Part shown: positions 19,544 through 32,255 of the stretch, one piece after another
Layout: the number at the start of each line of letters is the position of its first letter
How positions within the stretch are numbered: the stretch's first letter is position 1
Origin: Neodothiora populina
Lineage: Eukaryota
DNA length: 64,000 bases
Assembly: GCF_041146345.1 (NCBI RefSeq)
Contig: NW_027191404.1
Span: forward strand, 2,542,001-2,606,000
Direction of reading: 5' to 3'
The notes under the pieces: model-generated
Told to the model about the DNA's origin: nothing
What the model saw: only the letters and a program-made list of their open reading frames with translations
The model's database searches: none
Translations under genes and position numbers: made by a program

Positions 19544-21229
19544 ATGGCTTCAGCTTTGGTGTTATGGGCATTGCCGCAGATATCGCGCCTTCTGTCTCTA
19601 GATGACGATTCGTTGAAGCAGATCATCACGTATACTGATACGCTGCCTAAAGAGGCTGCAGTGGACCACCTTACCAACCTGCTAGGAGATTCCGCTCAGG
19701 CACTGGAGTTTATAACTTCGTTCAACTCCCGTCGACAGAGCCCACCTTCCGATGCTCGACCAGCAGCTCCTTCTCGGAATGGTTCTTCTGAAGTACCCAA
19801 GCCGCGCAAGCAACCTACCAAGAAGAAGCAGATCCACGCTTTACCGGCAAGGCAAATCAGAGATCAGGGCAACGTCGCTGGCGCGTACAGGAAGCGCGAT
19901 GAAGAGGATTATATGACCTCTTCATCTCGCACGAAAGCACCTCTTGCATCTTCTCTAGCCCTCCAGGACAAGCCAGATGCCACGCAACAGCCGAAGACCA
20001 CGATGGGGGGCATGCCCTCAGCTTCTTCACCGAATAGAGCGCCACCTTCTGCATCAGGCCCATTGGTTTCGGATATGCTGGCACCATCGGGATCATCTAG
20101 TTCGAAAGGATCGAGAACGTCTTCTCCGGCACCCGCGAAAACCAAGGTATCGATCACTGGTGGTACCAACATGCATGGTGCTGCGAAGACCTTGAACGAC
20201 CTAGACTCGGCCATCAGATCGTTGGAACTTCAGACGAATCCGACGTTGCCATCTCATTCGCAATCACCGGAGGATCTCGCAAAACGAAAGTGTAATTGCA
20301 TGGCGACGCGGCACCCGCTACTCGCGATCGCCCCGAATTGTCTTTCGTGTGGCAAAATCATTTGTGTGAAGGAAGGTCTCGGGCCCTGTACGTTCTGTCA
20401 ATCGCCTCTGCTTTCTACCACCGAGATCGCCAGTATGGTGCGGGTTCTGAAAGACGAGCGTGGCAAGGAGCGGCAAACCGCGAACAACGCCGCTCATCGA
20501 CGTGCGGAAGTGAGCCAAAAGCCTCGTGCATTCACAGGCCGTGACTTTATCTCATCAGCAGCGGCATCAGCCTCCGCGTCTCCGTTCTCCTCGGCACCTG
20601 CATCTGATAGTGAAGCGGAGGTTCAGAAACTCGACAAGGCCAAAGAACATCGTGACAAGCTTTTGGCGTTTCAGGCGAACAACGCGAAAAGAACTCGAAT
20701 CTACGACGAGGCCGCCGATTTTGACATTCCCACTTCTGGCACGAACATGTGGGCGTCTCCGGCCGAACGCGCTGCTCAGCTCAAGCAGCAACAAAAGGTC
20801 TTGCGCGAGATGGAGTGGAATGCCAGGCCCGAGTGGGAGAAGCGCAGGGTCGTCGCCAGCATAGACGTTGTTGGGGGCAAGATCGTGAAGAAAATGGCCG
20901 AGGTCGAAAGACCCCAGCAGACCGATGTCGCAGACGACGCCGGGGAAGAAGAGGACTTTAGACCGCAAGTCAGCTCTAACGACCAGACTGGTGGCGCGTT
21001 CAGCCACAATCCGCTTCTGGGAGCTCTCATCCGCCCCGTTGCGAAAGCAGACAAGGGTAAGGGGAAAGCAGTCGGTGGCGGTGCGAGTGAGAAGGATACG
21101 AGGAGTGTCTGGCGTCGCGTGCAGGATGATAATGATGACAATGAGCAATGGATCTTGGATGGTGGTGCCTATGGCAATAGGATCGACGGACGTGTCTTGG
21201 GCGCTGAGGAACATAGTGTAGGGTCTTGA
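19544..21229 (+). CDS. RQT4: C2HC5 zinc-finger protein, RQT4/ASC-1 (TRIP4) family, ribosome quality-control trigger subunit
   Basis: Intronless 561-aa ORF. It has a PWI-like N-terminus, CNCMATRHPL..PNCLSCGKIICVKEGLGPCTFC and the KAKEHRDKLL..RTRIYDEAADF motif. Confidence 0.85.
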   Translation: MASALVLWALPQISRLLSLDDDSLKQIITYTDTLPKEAAVDHLTNLLGDSAQALEFITSFNSRRQSPPSDARPAAPSRNGSSEVPKPRKQPTKKKQIHALPARQIRDQGNVAGAYRKRDEEDYMTSSSRTKAPLASSLALQDKPDATQQPKTTMGGMPSASSPNRAPPSASGPLVSDMLAPSGSSSSKGSRTSSPAPAKTKVSITGGTNMHGAAKTLNDLDSAIRSLELQTNPTLPSHSQSPEDLAKRKCNCMATRHPLLAIAPNCLSCGKIICVKEGLGPCTFCQSPLLSTTEIASMVRVLKDERGKERQTANNAAHRRAEVSQKPRAFTGRDFISSAAASASASPFSSAPASDSEAEVQKLDKAKEHRDKLLAFQANNAKRTRIYDEAADFDIPTSGTNMWASPAERAAQLKQQQKVLREMEWNARPEWEKRRVVASIDVVGGKIVKKMAEVERPQQTDVADDAGEEEDFRPQVSSNDQTGGAFSHNPLLGALIRPVAKADKGKGKAVGGGASEKDTRSVWRRVQDDNDDNEQWILDGGAYGNRIDGRVLGAEEHSVGS

Positions 21230-23027
21230 TGTCTTCTCTGCACACTGGTCTAGGTCGTCGAGGCATACATGTAGCCTCGCACGATCGATTCGGGGTTTGA
21301 TAGCACGCTATGGTACAGATATTCGAGTTTCATCTACGAGCACTTTTATTGTTACCTCATATGCATTGGTTCCCATTAACCATTCTCCCTAATAATGAGA
21401 CCTGTCAACTTGCCCGAGCGATATTTCAACGACTCTTGTGTCCCAACCAAGTGCTTGTCTCGTTCTAGCCAAAATCATCAATATTTTCTCTATCACAAAT
21501 CAGAAGGTAACAAGCAACCTCATCAAGCTCCATGCCACAACGAGTAGAACAACGACCAACCCCTTGATAAAAGCACCCCACCTCTGCCATATCACCATAG
21601 ACCATGGCAGCCACTAGAATGACTCATGGAACATTCGTTCCACCCATAGCCACCAGCAAGAAGAAATATCAAGAACAAGAGAGCGGGGCGAAACCCGAGC
21701 ACTCGTGTCCAAGAACGCAATAGTTAGAAGACAGGGTTGCCCTCGAGACAGCTGGCGACGCTCAAGTCTGCACGATACGATTGCGGCTTAGACTTCAAAA
21801 GTCCATGCGGATCGACTATAACAGAAAGTTGAAAGTTGAAAGTTGGTTATCGGGGAGTCCAAGGAGGTTTACAGACGAATAGGAAAATGAGTGTATGAGG
21901 TATCTTATACTTCATCGTTGTTGAGGATTACATCGAGGACGGGGAGGTGGATACTCGACTACTGACTGTCAAGACGGGAAGCTGTGTTGCGAATTCTTAT
22001 ACGATTGCTTTGACTGTTGTTCAATAAGGACTAAAGGACAGAGAGTGTGGGTGTATTTCCACGCGAATGTAAAGATGGTCATATCCACCAGCCCGGACCC
22101 AGATCTCCACCGTGCCATGATATGGCTACCTCGTCCATGGCCCAGATATACCCCATGACGACCGATGAACACCTCTCCGTGATCTCTTCTTGTGGAAGAT
22201 CTTAGCAATGTATCCATAACGTCCGTGATGTGGGTGATAAGAGCAATATGCATGCCCAATTCCCATTACTCTTCCAGCCTCGTCTATATGTCCATGTGAA
22301 CGCGGAAGGAACTCACCTACCTGCTTACCTATCCACCCACATTTCCCAACACAGGCCTCCACCGCCTTTTGTGATCAAGATGATTGATCATCAGACGTAA
22401 AGCCCCTCTATTCCCCCTTTCCCCCTCCAATTCACCCTTCCACCAGGGGGAAAAGGCAGAAAAGGAAAGGAGACAGAAGAGATGCCAAACTCAGCTCGCT
22501 GATTCAGGATATCCTAACCCCGAAATCAAGAAGAGGAAAGCGCTTCCTTTCACTGCCCTTGTACTCCCACTTCCGCCGGCCGGAAGGACAGGTCAAAGTG
22601 AAGAATGGAAGAAGAGAAAGATCCCGGGCTCATCTTTGCCCAATCTAAGATAGCAGGACGTCAAGAGTGGACTGGAGAAGAAGACTGGTGTGACAGCACC
22701 ACTTGGCAGGCCCGCCGAGTTGTTTAAAGTGGGTGAGTGAGATACGTGAGAAAAGACCGAGAGAAATCACCTACAAGACTTGGGAGGCAGGTGTATATAT
22801 CCCACACTCGGCGAATACTGTACTGCGGGGAGTGAATTGCAAGGAAAGAAGAACAACATTGCTTACGTGCCGTCCATCACTCATCGGTGTTAATCCGAAT
22901 TCCACCACCAATATGAACGTCCGCAGAAATGTAAGCACTGTAGCCTACCTGAACAGCTCAGGCAAGGATCAGTCGCAGACAAGGAAAGAGACTTATAATG
23001 AAGGGTTATTTTGAGAATATAGCTTAT

Positions 23028-23073
23028 GTAGTAGTAGTAGTTGTAATTGTAGTAGTAGTACTAATAGTAGCAG
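23028..23073. repeat. Imperfect (TAG)n microsatellite
   Basis: gtagtagtagtagttgtaattgtagtagtagtactaatagtag seen directly. Confidence 0.6.
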
Positions 23074-23620
23074 CACGATCGAGGGGACTTTTTTGTATAC
23101 AGGATCAGAAGAGCAAAAAAACAGGAGAAAACACCAGTAAGAAGTAGAAGAAAGCAGAAGAACAAGAAAAAGGTAAAGGGTATCTCTCACGCCATTGCCC
23201 GGACGGCCCGTATTCGTTGTACAGTTTTGTAATCGATCCGTTCTTTTCTCTTTCGCTCTCTCTCTCTCCCCCTCTCTCTTCTTCTTATCTTCATCCAAAA
23301 CCCGTATTGATCGCGTGGCTGCTGCATAAAGTGCAGATACATTCCTCGCGATTCGTTGACGGCCTGCGTTCATACCACCGCCGCCACCGCCTCATCCGAC
23401 GACACACTTGATATGAGAGGGTGAGAAAATATGCCTGTCCCGTGCCATAACGTCGAATCATTCAAAACATTATAGCATTTCCTCCGCAGACATCGTAAAA
23501 AGTGTGTGGGTTTGTGTAGTGTTGCCGGAAGCAGATGCCGTACACTATTGTGAAGCATTTCGCATGGCATGCAGAAATCTCCAATCAAATTCTTACATGA
23601 CTGTTTCGTATACCTTACAT

Positions 23621-26600
23621 TCATGCGTTGTTGGGGGCATCGGCGGCGGCATCGATGGACGCAGGTTGGGCTTTGGCGACCGGAGGAGAACCGGCTTCTG
23701 AGTGTGCTCCCTCATGTGCTTCTCCTGATCCATCACCAAGTGCTGCTAGTGCGCTGTAAAAGAGTTAGTTTTTTGGTCATTATATTAACGAAACGAAAAG
23801 AAGCTTACCTGAATGCGTTCATGTGTGTGTTTGACTCCTTCTCGTCCTTCTTCTGGTTCGAGGGAGTACCGCTTCTTGATGAAGGGCCGGATGATTCACC
23901 ATCTCTTGGTGGGCCGAGACCCTTGCGGCCACTGCTGCTGCGAGAAGCCATGAAGCCGCCAGGTCCCAGAGGACCCATGCCGGAGGATGCTTGACGTGAA
24001 GCACCACGGTTCTGGAGACGACGGAGGTCATCCATACCGACAGTGTTGCGAGAGTAGTCTGGCGGAGGCATGTTCTGGTGACCGAAACCACGAGCGTCGC
24101 CGCGGCCCATCTGGGGGCGGCCACCGCGCTGGGAGGCGGTTCTTTGACGCTCAAGTTCGGCGGCTGCTTGAGCAGCCTCGGCCTCGGCGTGGATCTGTTC
24201 GATGGTCTTGGGACCCTTGTCGGAGTCGCGAGACTTCCATCCTTGCCTTCGGAGATCGATGATATCCATAAGCATGAAGCGAGGTCTGCTGGGCATGTCC
24301 TTGTGGGTTTCGAGGATGTTCTGCACACGCTGGTAGTACATATCGACGAGCTGGTGACCTTGCTCGGTGCTGTCCATGGTGGCTCCGACAGCCTTGAGCA
24401 GCTTGGACAAGTTCTCGACGGCGGCTTCGTCGGGTTGACCCTCGAAGTTGAGCAGTCTCAACACACATTGGTGCATAATCTTGACCGTGAGCATACCAAG
24501 CTTGTAGAGCTCACCGATGAACTGAATGAGACCGAGACCGCGACGCTTGGCTGCGGCGGCGATGTAGTATTCGTCAGACAAGAGAGCTGCCTCCTGGGTC
24601 TCGCCCTCTGGCTTGTCGGGAAGGTTGGCTTCCCAACCACGCTCGAACTCTTCTTGACAGCGGTTGAGGAGGTATTTCCTGAACAGACCACCACCAACCA
24701 CGGGCTGGTTGTTCTTGTCTCTAATGGTCTCGTCGACAATCTCGTTGCTCATGCTGTGCAACATCTTGGAGCAGAACTTGGCGTAAGTTCCAGCCCAGTG
24801 AGCTTCGTCACAAGCCTTCTCGAAAGTGAGCTGAATGACTTGACGGAGTGTGCGACCGTCCTTCTCGTTCTTGGATTGGTCAGAGATGGCCATGATCTGG
24901 TCAGAGATACGGTCAAAGTTCTCCGGCGTCATCTTGTTCAACGCAGCCTTGACCTTACGCTGGACCATATCAGGAGCCATCTGGCCGGAAGGATCCTGTT
25001 GGACAGGAGCGCCAGTGAGAGAGGCTGGTGTCCATCCAGTGGAGGACTTTTCGAGAGGCTTCAGGTCCAGACCAGCGGTAAGAGGCATGTTCTTGGCCGC
25101 ATCAGCCTCTCTGCGGTCGTCGTGTCGGTTTGAAGGACCACGTCTGCTGCCACCACCGCCGCCACCACGGCGAGATGAGCTGCCGCCGACCTTAGGAGAG
25201 CCAGGACCCATGGTTTGAAGGGAGTTGGTGCGGCTGATCTGGCCGGGCACACCAACGGGGAAGCCACCTGAACGGCCACCGAAGCCGCCCATAGCGCCTT
25301 GGGCGTTGTTGCGTGCGGCTTGCGATGCAAGGAATCTGTCGTGTGAGTTGCTCCCAGGAGCGATTGTGCGGGCGTTGGCGAAGCTGCCCATTGCTGGGAA
25401 GGCACCACCTGCGCCACGAGAGCCCTGTCGGCCACCCATGGCTGCTCCACGGTTCGAAGCCTGGCGAGCAGATGCCGGGTCGGTGTCGTTGCCGAGAGTC
25501 TCCTTGACCTTGGAGTCCCAGTCGACGCTGGGCTTCTCCTTGAAGATGTTCTGGAACTGCAGCAAGAAGTCCATGTCGTACTCCTTGCCGACACGCTTGC
25601 CAGACTGGTTAAGAGCAGGGTTGGGTGACTGGAAGCCATCTGGGTACTGCGTGTCCTTGACGTTGAGGAAGCGGGCAGATTGCAGGGACTTCATACCAGG
25701 AGTAGGCTGGGCTGGCTCGACGCTCTTGTTGGTCTCGAGTTTGAGAGCGGCGGGCTTGGGCTTGCGTGCCTCGGGCTCAGTGACAGCAGGAGTCTCAGTA
25801 GGAGGTGCAGCGCCGTCAGCTCCGGGGCCGAGAGTGGGCTTCTTGAGGGATGCGAAGAGCTTCGCGGCCTCGTCGTCCTTGGTCTCTGATGCAGCGGCGG
25901 CGGAACCACCGGCGGCCTTGGCCTCACGCTCCTTCTCGCGTGCGATTTCGAGCTCTTCGGCCTCACGCTCGAGTCTCTTCATCTCTTCGTCGGCCTTCTT
26001 GGCAATCTCGGCCTCCTTCTTCTTCTGCTCGGCCTTTTCTTTGTCACGCTTCTCCTGGAAAGCACGCTCGCGCTCTTCTTCGGCCTTCTCGGCAGCCTCC
26101 ATCTCGGCAATTTCACGCTCGAAGCGCTCGTCTTCCGTCTCCTCGCGTTCTGCGGGTTTGACGTTTGCAGCTTCTTCGGCAGCCTTCTTGTCGGCAGACT
26201 CCTTTTCGGCAGCAGCCTTGTCTGCGGCTTCCTTGGCCTCTTTCTCGGCGGCAGCCTTCTTCTCCTCTGCTTCCTTTTCGGCAGCGGCCTTTTGAGCGGC
26301 GGCCTCCTTCTCTTCGGCCTCCTTCTTCTCGGCGGCTGCCTTATCAGCAGCCGCCTTTGCCTCGGCCTCTTCCTTGTCTTTGGCGGCCTTGGCTTCGGCG
26401 TCCTCCTTGTCCTTGACGGCCTTGGCCTCCGCGTTCTCTTTCTCCTGAGCAGCACGCTTCTCCTCTTCCTCCTTGGCCTTCTTGGCAGCAAGTTGTGCCT
26501 TGACCTGCTCCTGGAACTGGTTCTTGGTCTCTGCAGCGGTCTTGGTGGAGCTGCTTTCGGCGCGGTTGTGCTGCACGCTAGGCGTTCGTGGAGGAGGGGT

Positions 26601-28151
26601 GGGTGCTGAGGAAGCAATTGCAGGTGACTGGGCGACAGCGGGGGCAGGAGACGACTTCTTCTCGAAGGTGACTTCTTCGCCCTTGTCGTTCTTGATGACG
26701 ATGGCCTTGCTGGCCTTCTTGGGAGGGATCTGGAAGTTGGATGTGGAAGGAGCAGGAGTGCCAGGAGCTGAAGGAGCAGCGGGTGCAACAGCGGGTTGAC
26801 CCACACTGGATCCAGGTCTCTCCGAGATTTGCGAACCGCTACGAGACATGGGGTGGTAGGTGGGTATGTGCTGTTGAGGCGGAGGAGCGCCGTAGGGTAC
26901 GGGGTAGCTGGGACGAGGGCTGGGGGGTGCGGCGCCGTGAGGGTACTGCTGTTGTGGGTAGTAAGGGGGGTAGAAGCCGTTGTAGGGATCATATTGCGGC
27001 TGAGCACCATAGTAAGCCTGTTGTAAGTTGAGATGTGTCAGATAGTGGCCAAAAGGAGCAAAAGACTGAAGGTGGCAAAGGAAATTTCGTACCTGCTGCT
27101 GAGGGTTCAAGTGCTGCGGGTAACCGCCGTGCATCTGGCCCTGGCCAGGCACAAAGGGTTGTGCCTGCATCATCATCGGGCTGCCGCCTCTGCCGCGACC
27201 GGGAGAGAAGCCCATTGCACCGGGGTTCTGGAACTGGTGAGGAGGCATGTTCGGGGGACCGCGCTGGTTGGGCAGCTGACGGTATCCCTGGGCAGGAGAC
27301 GGAGGGTAAGGCATGTTGTAGCCACCACGACCGCGGCCGCCTTGAGGCACGAAACCACCACGCATGCTCATGTCGCTGTGGGTGGATTGTGAAGATCCGC
27401 GACGAAGATGTGCAGGCTGCTGGCTAGGTGTGAGAGGAGGCTGGGGAGTGCGCTGTACGAGAGCGTTAGCAAGAGTGAGCGCAGATCGAAGGGGCAATCA
27501 GGGAAGAATTACGCTTGCATCACCGTTGTCGGCTCCCATACTACCGAAGCTCAGTCCGTTGCTCTGGCCGGGAAGAGTCGAGGGAGGCTTGCCACCGCTG
27601 GCAGCCGGTTGGGGGATGGGAGACGGTGAGTGAGCAGGAGAAGTCACTCGGGGGTCTCTCGGCGTGGAGGCAGAGGCAGACGCAGGTGCGGGTGTGGTGA
27701 TGTTAGGAGTCTGAGACGGGGCGGGAACGCTGCTGGCGATTGCAGGGGAGCCCGAAGGGCCGTTGATGGAGCCAAAGTTGATGTTCGGTCGTGCGTTCTG
27801 GCTCACTGGTCCTCCATTGGGGATCTGACCCGAGGTGCCCGAGGCGCTGATTATCACCGAGGGCTTCCTGCCATGTTCTCCATTTTGCATAGTTGGTTTG
27901 GTGGTCGAAGTAGTCTTTGCGCCGTTCACTGGGGACACTTTTCCATGCTGCTGGGCTTGGGCTTGGGCTTGGGCTTTTTCCTGCACGCTCTTTGTCGCTG
28001 CGCTTGCGTAAGAGCGAGTCGGCAACTGCGCCGGCACAGCTGCTGACGGAGTCGTCGTTCCTGAAGAGGTGGAAGGAGCGGAGGCGACTGCTGCGTTGGC
28101 GGTGCTGGCGTTGAGCTGAGGTTGAGCTGAGGTTGGGGTTGCGCTTGTCAT
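23621..28151 (-). CDS. TIF4631: Translation initiation factor eIF4G
   Basis: Exons 28151-27513, 27452-27093, 27017-23809 and 23753-23621. It carries the eIF4E-binding motif YDMDFLL (YxxxxLphi), the MIF4G domain (VQRKVKAALNKMTPENF..FEKACDE..KRRGLGLIQFIGELYK..GPKTIEQIH) and the tail NAFSALAAL. Confidence 0.95.
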
Positions 28152-31100
28152 TAGAATTTCGTCGTAAGATGTCAGAGGAGAACAGTGATCTTGCGCGTGG
28201 TCGAAATGTCGTTCGGTGGAGCGGAGATGGGAGGGGTTTTATTCTGCGCCGCCGATGAAGTAACGATGGAAGCAGGCCGAGTCGAATGTCAAATTCAACA
28301 AAAGCGTGTTGCAGAAGAGAGCAGTGATTAATACTCTTTTTCCTTTTTCTCTTTTTTGATTATCGCTTTTCTTCCGTCTCACTGCAAAAAAGCGGAGACT
28401 GATGGAAAAGGATGAAATACAACAAGAAAGAAAACGACGGCAGGAACTGTCGCCCAAAGGTGTTAGAATTGCAGCAATTGCGGCAGGCACGAAAAAAAGA
28501 GGCAGTCGTGCGTGGGAGCGTACCGCGTTCTGTCGTGGGGGGAGAGGGACGAAGCACGTCTCGACTGAAGATCAGCGAGGTGGCGTGTCGACTTAAGGGC
28601 AACGTCTACCGATGTGGATGAGACGCGCAAAAAGGGAAGACGTATTACGTTCGTCTTCCGTGGTGGTGTTGGAAGGTTGGAGGTTTCAAGGGAAGGGGAT
28701 GAAGGTCTGGCGACGAAGCAGCGCAGCATTATTTTTTGGGTGCTTTGGCCACGCTTTGCCGAACGTCAACCCAGCCAGAAATCCAGCTTCTTTCTACTCC
28801 GCTTTCTCATTCGTGTCATTCAACTAGGACAAGGCAAACCATGACAACACCAGAGAAGAGCAAGACTCTGTGTTGGCATCGTCACACAAGGTCTTATATC
28901 TGGTGAAATTATTCTATTACATGTCTGGCCGGCTTTGCTTGGTGTTGCCGCATGCCATGTGCACTTCACTTGCGCTATCAGCATCAGCAAAGCCCACACT
29001 GATGATTTTGCTTGACGAAATGGAGCAAGGGTCACCCACAGTGACTTCCACTATCAACCCAAATCATAATTATCAGCTGTTTGCCACCGACTTTTGTATG
29101 ATGACAGTACTACCTATTCTTGCCTCTATTATTGTATATAGACCAGAGTGCATGTCCAACTTGGTGTACTTGAGACGCATTGCCTTACTTCAATGCTGCC
29201 TATTCCGAGGCAAAAGACACTTGCACAGAGTGAGTGACTCAAATACGTGACTTCTGATACTTCTCGTGTGCGGCCCACCAGGACCAAAACCCTTCCGCGG
29301 CCGGCCTTTGACATGTGATATCTTCCATGTCATGCGTGCAAAGCAACACGCAAGCCGCTGTCGAGTCGTGAAATTGTAACGAGATCCAGTCAAAGGTTCG
29401 ATCAATATCTTGCTATCATTTGCAGCGATTATGGCCCACGCCGAAAGATTAGAGCATCAGAGCATCAGAAATACCCAGTTCGGTGGATGTATTGTACTTT
29501 TACAACATACCTCATCTGCATCCCGTCATTATGCATGAAGCACTGTCGCTGTTTTGACTCACAACTTGTGACTGTTGTACCTGACCTTAGAGTACGGAGT
29601 ACCTTACTACAACCGAATTACAGAAATACCTTACTTGTGCTTGTAACAGGATCTCAGATGGTGACCTGATTGGACGGCCGACCGGGGGACCTGTGCCAAG
29701 ATTGTTGCTGTTGTCGAAGCCGGCTTCCCATGAACTTGTGCGTTGCCACTTGTCTTGTGAATCTCTCGCGACACGCAAACCGGACCGGCTGCCGTATGCA
29801 AACTTGCATGGTGATTGCAACGCTACGTGACATTCGTACATGATGCGTCAAGTCTCTTACCGCTGCGACATGCACGACCTGCACGAGGTGCAAGGGATGT
29901 CTTTGTCTTTGTCTTCTCTTCTTTTCTTCCAAAGGAACAAAGAAGCATAGCACCGGCAGAAGACCAAGCCAAACAGTGTGAGGTATATAGGACATGGTTC
30001 GTATTACCTGGTTGCTGGGTTCCTTATTTTTCTGAAATTCTTGCTTTGGGAAAATCGAACCGGCCCATTACGCCACATGGCTCTTATCGCTGAAGGCGTT
30101 CGCATATGACTTTCGTACCTTGACCCTCGAGACGAGCCGACCTATAACAGATCGCACATCAAAACCAAAGATAGATGAGTATCGGCTTCCTGTCGAGTGC
30201 AGTAGGGAACCTCGGCCAGCGTCCGACGGTCGGCAACGAGTCAGCCAGCTAGTCTTTTTGGACAGGCTCCATTTCACATGTAACTTCGTTTAATTTAAAC
30301 CATCGAACGAGCTCTGTGCGTGCGGCTGTCCATTTTTGTTTTTTATGGGTTTCCTGCACCGGCCGGCGTCTTTGCCTTTGCTGTGCGGTTCAACGCTTTC
30401 CCTTAGCGTGCGAGCCTCATGGGAACGCGCGCACGCACACACGCTCTTACACTAAGGCACTCACACCGAGAGGAAAACGCACGGGGATGCAGACTGTGCG
30501 TGCGCTTGTCAAAAAAGCACATCAAGAGCCAGAAAAAGAGGGTTATTTCGGCATCATCTATTAAGCGGGTTGCAGTACCTTTGTAGCGAGAAGGTAGTAC
30601 CACCGCACCGCAACAACAAAACGAACGTGCGTTCTTTTTCTTGCTTGCTGTCACATCTTCTCATTCGTTACCGCCTGAAGGAAAAAAAAGAATGGAGAGC
30701 TGCGGAATTAATTGCTGTTGGCGCCACAACCTTCTTGTCACGTTGCGAAAAGCACGGGGTTCGTTCTGGCTGGCCTGTCCCTGACACACACGGTAACGTC
30801 GAAGGCCGCTAGAATGACTTTTTGAATTCAATGTGACATGTGCATGGTACAACGACGACCTGTCACACAACCTTTTTTCTCCCGGCAAGTCTGTGTGTGC
30901 GTATGTACATGCGCATATGTATAATGTGAAGAAAAACACATGAGTAGAATAATACAAAACCACGAAAACAAAGTCGATCCCTGCGGCCTCTCCCGAGAAG
31001 AATCGACATGAAACCACGATCACACTCAGGTAATGAGCCGAGATCCTAACAATTCCGGACTGACTTCCTAATTGCTCGAATCTCGGTACACCGTGGTGCA

Positions 31101-32255
31101 CTTTCTGATCTATTTTTCCAATAATTGCACTTTCAGTCGCCCTTAAGGTTCTGAACCTTCGGGGGTTGGGCACATGTACGGACCCCTCATTCTCCATGGA
31201 GAGAGTACTGTAAGTGGAAAAAAGAGGAACAATGGGCGAGAGCACACCCTCCCAGAACCTGTCACCGCATCGGCCACCGCCGTCTCGCTCTCAATCTTTT
31301 AGCGCTGGTCGCATGTTTCTCTTGACAGGTCCGCCGTATGCCGGTTCGGATGCGGGTAAATCTCCCCCCTCCCTCCATCCCCACTCACATCTTCTGTGCT
31401 TGCGTGCGTTTGTTGGCTGTTCTGTCTCGCATTTGCGCGCGCATATATAGAAATTAGGGCAGCTCGCTCTGAATCATACCTCAATGGAGTAATACTAACG
31501 TCCGGATCTTTCGCAAAATACCGCCGCAGGAGGTTTGTGCCGACAGAGGAGGGGCAAGAGCAACTGCATTGGATAATATTAAGAGACAAGAAAAGAAAAA
31601 TAGGGCCTATATGTTTTGTCCCCCCCACCTCTTTTTTTCTCCGTTTTCGGTCCTTTTTGGGATTGGATCTCAGGCTTGCCAATAAATCTTGGATTGGGCC
31701 ATGTGGAGTAACACTTTATGTACAATCAAGCGCGGCACATCGTGAGCGATACAGAATAGGCAAGGTAATGTATATTTTTCTCCAGAAGTGGGTTGGCAAG
31801 TAGCAAGAACACCCGGGGTTTTTCGATGCAAGTACAATTTATGGACAAGACATTAGTACATGGTACAATACCAACATCTCCCCTTGCCAATTTTTCTCTT
31901 GAGACAACTTCCACAACATCGCGCCGCGGTTTGAGGACCCACCCTGATAGCCATGAAGAAGGGGAAAAAAGCACCAAAAGAACAAGGGTTAGGGTACAAC
32001 TGCAAGAGGTATCCGCGATGAAGAATAATGATAACATGAAGAAGAAATGAGCAAATCAGCAAATAAAAAAAAGGATGAAGAACAGATCCTCGAAATAGAA
32101 GCGAAAAAGGGCAAATCACTCGTCGATGCATACGAAGGTGGGTCCTAAAAGTGGCGTGATAGTAGACGTGCGTCTTCTTGCTTCCGTAACCTCTCCGCTG
32201 GAAAATGTCACGAGCTTCCGGAGCTCAATTGCAAGAAGGAGGTGTTCGCCAACTT

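Noticed and set aside
30045..30070. GGTTCGAT T-loop-like motif on the minus strand (possible tRNA)
   Set aside because: The flanks do not pair into a T-stem and no cloverleaf can be built.
30661..31245. 194-aa minus-strand ORF in the 4-kb gap between eIF4G and the homeobox gene
   Set aside because: No domain, non-coding-like composition and no supporting splice structure. It cannot be excluded without RNA-seq.
31985..31995. AGGGTTAGGGT as a telomerase RNA template or interstitial telomere
   Set aside because: An 11-nt match is not unlikely by chance in 64 kb on two strands. It is not the TAACCCTAA permutation known from filamentous ascomycete TERs, and it lies just downstream of the homeobox gene.
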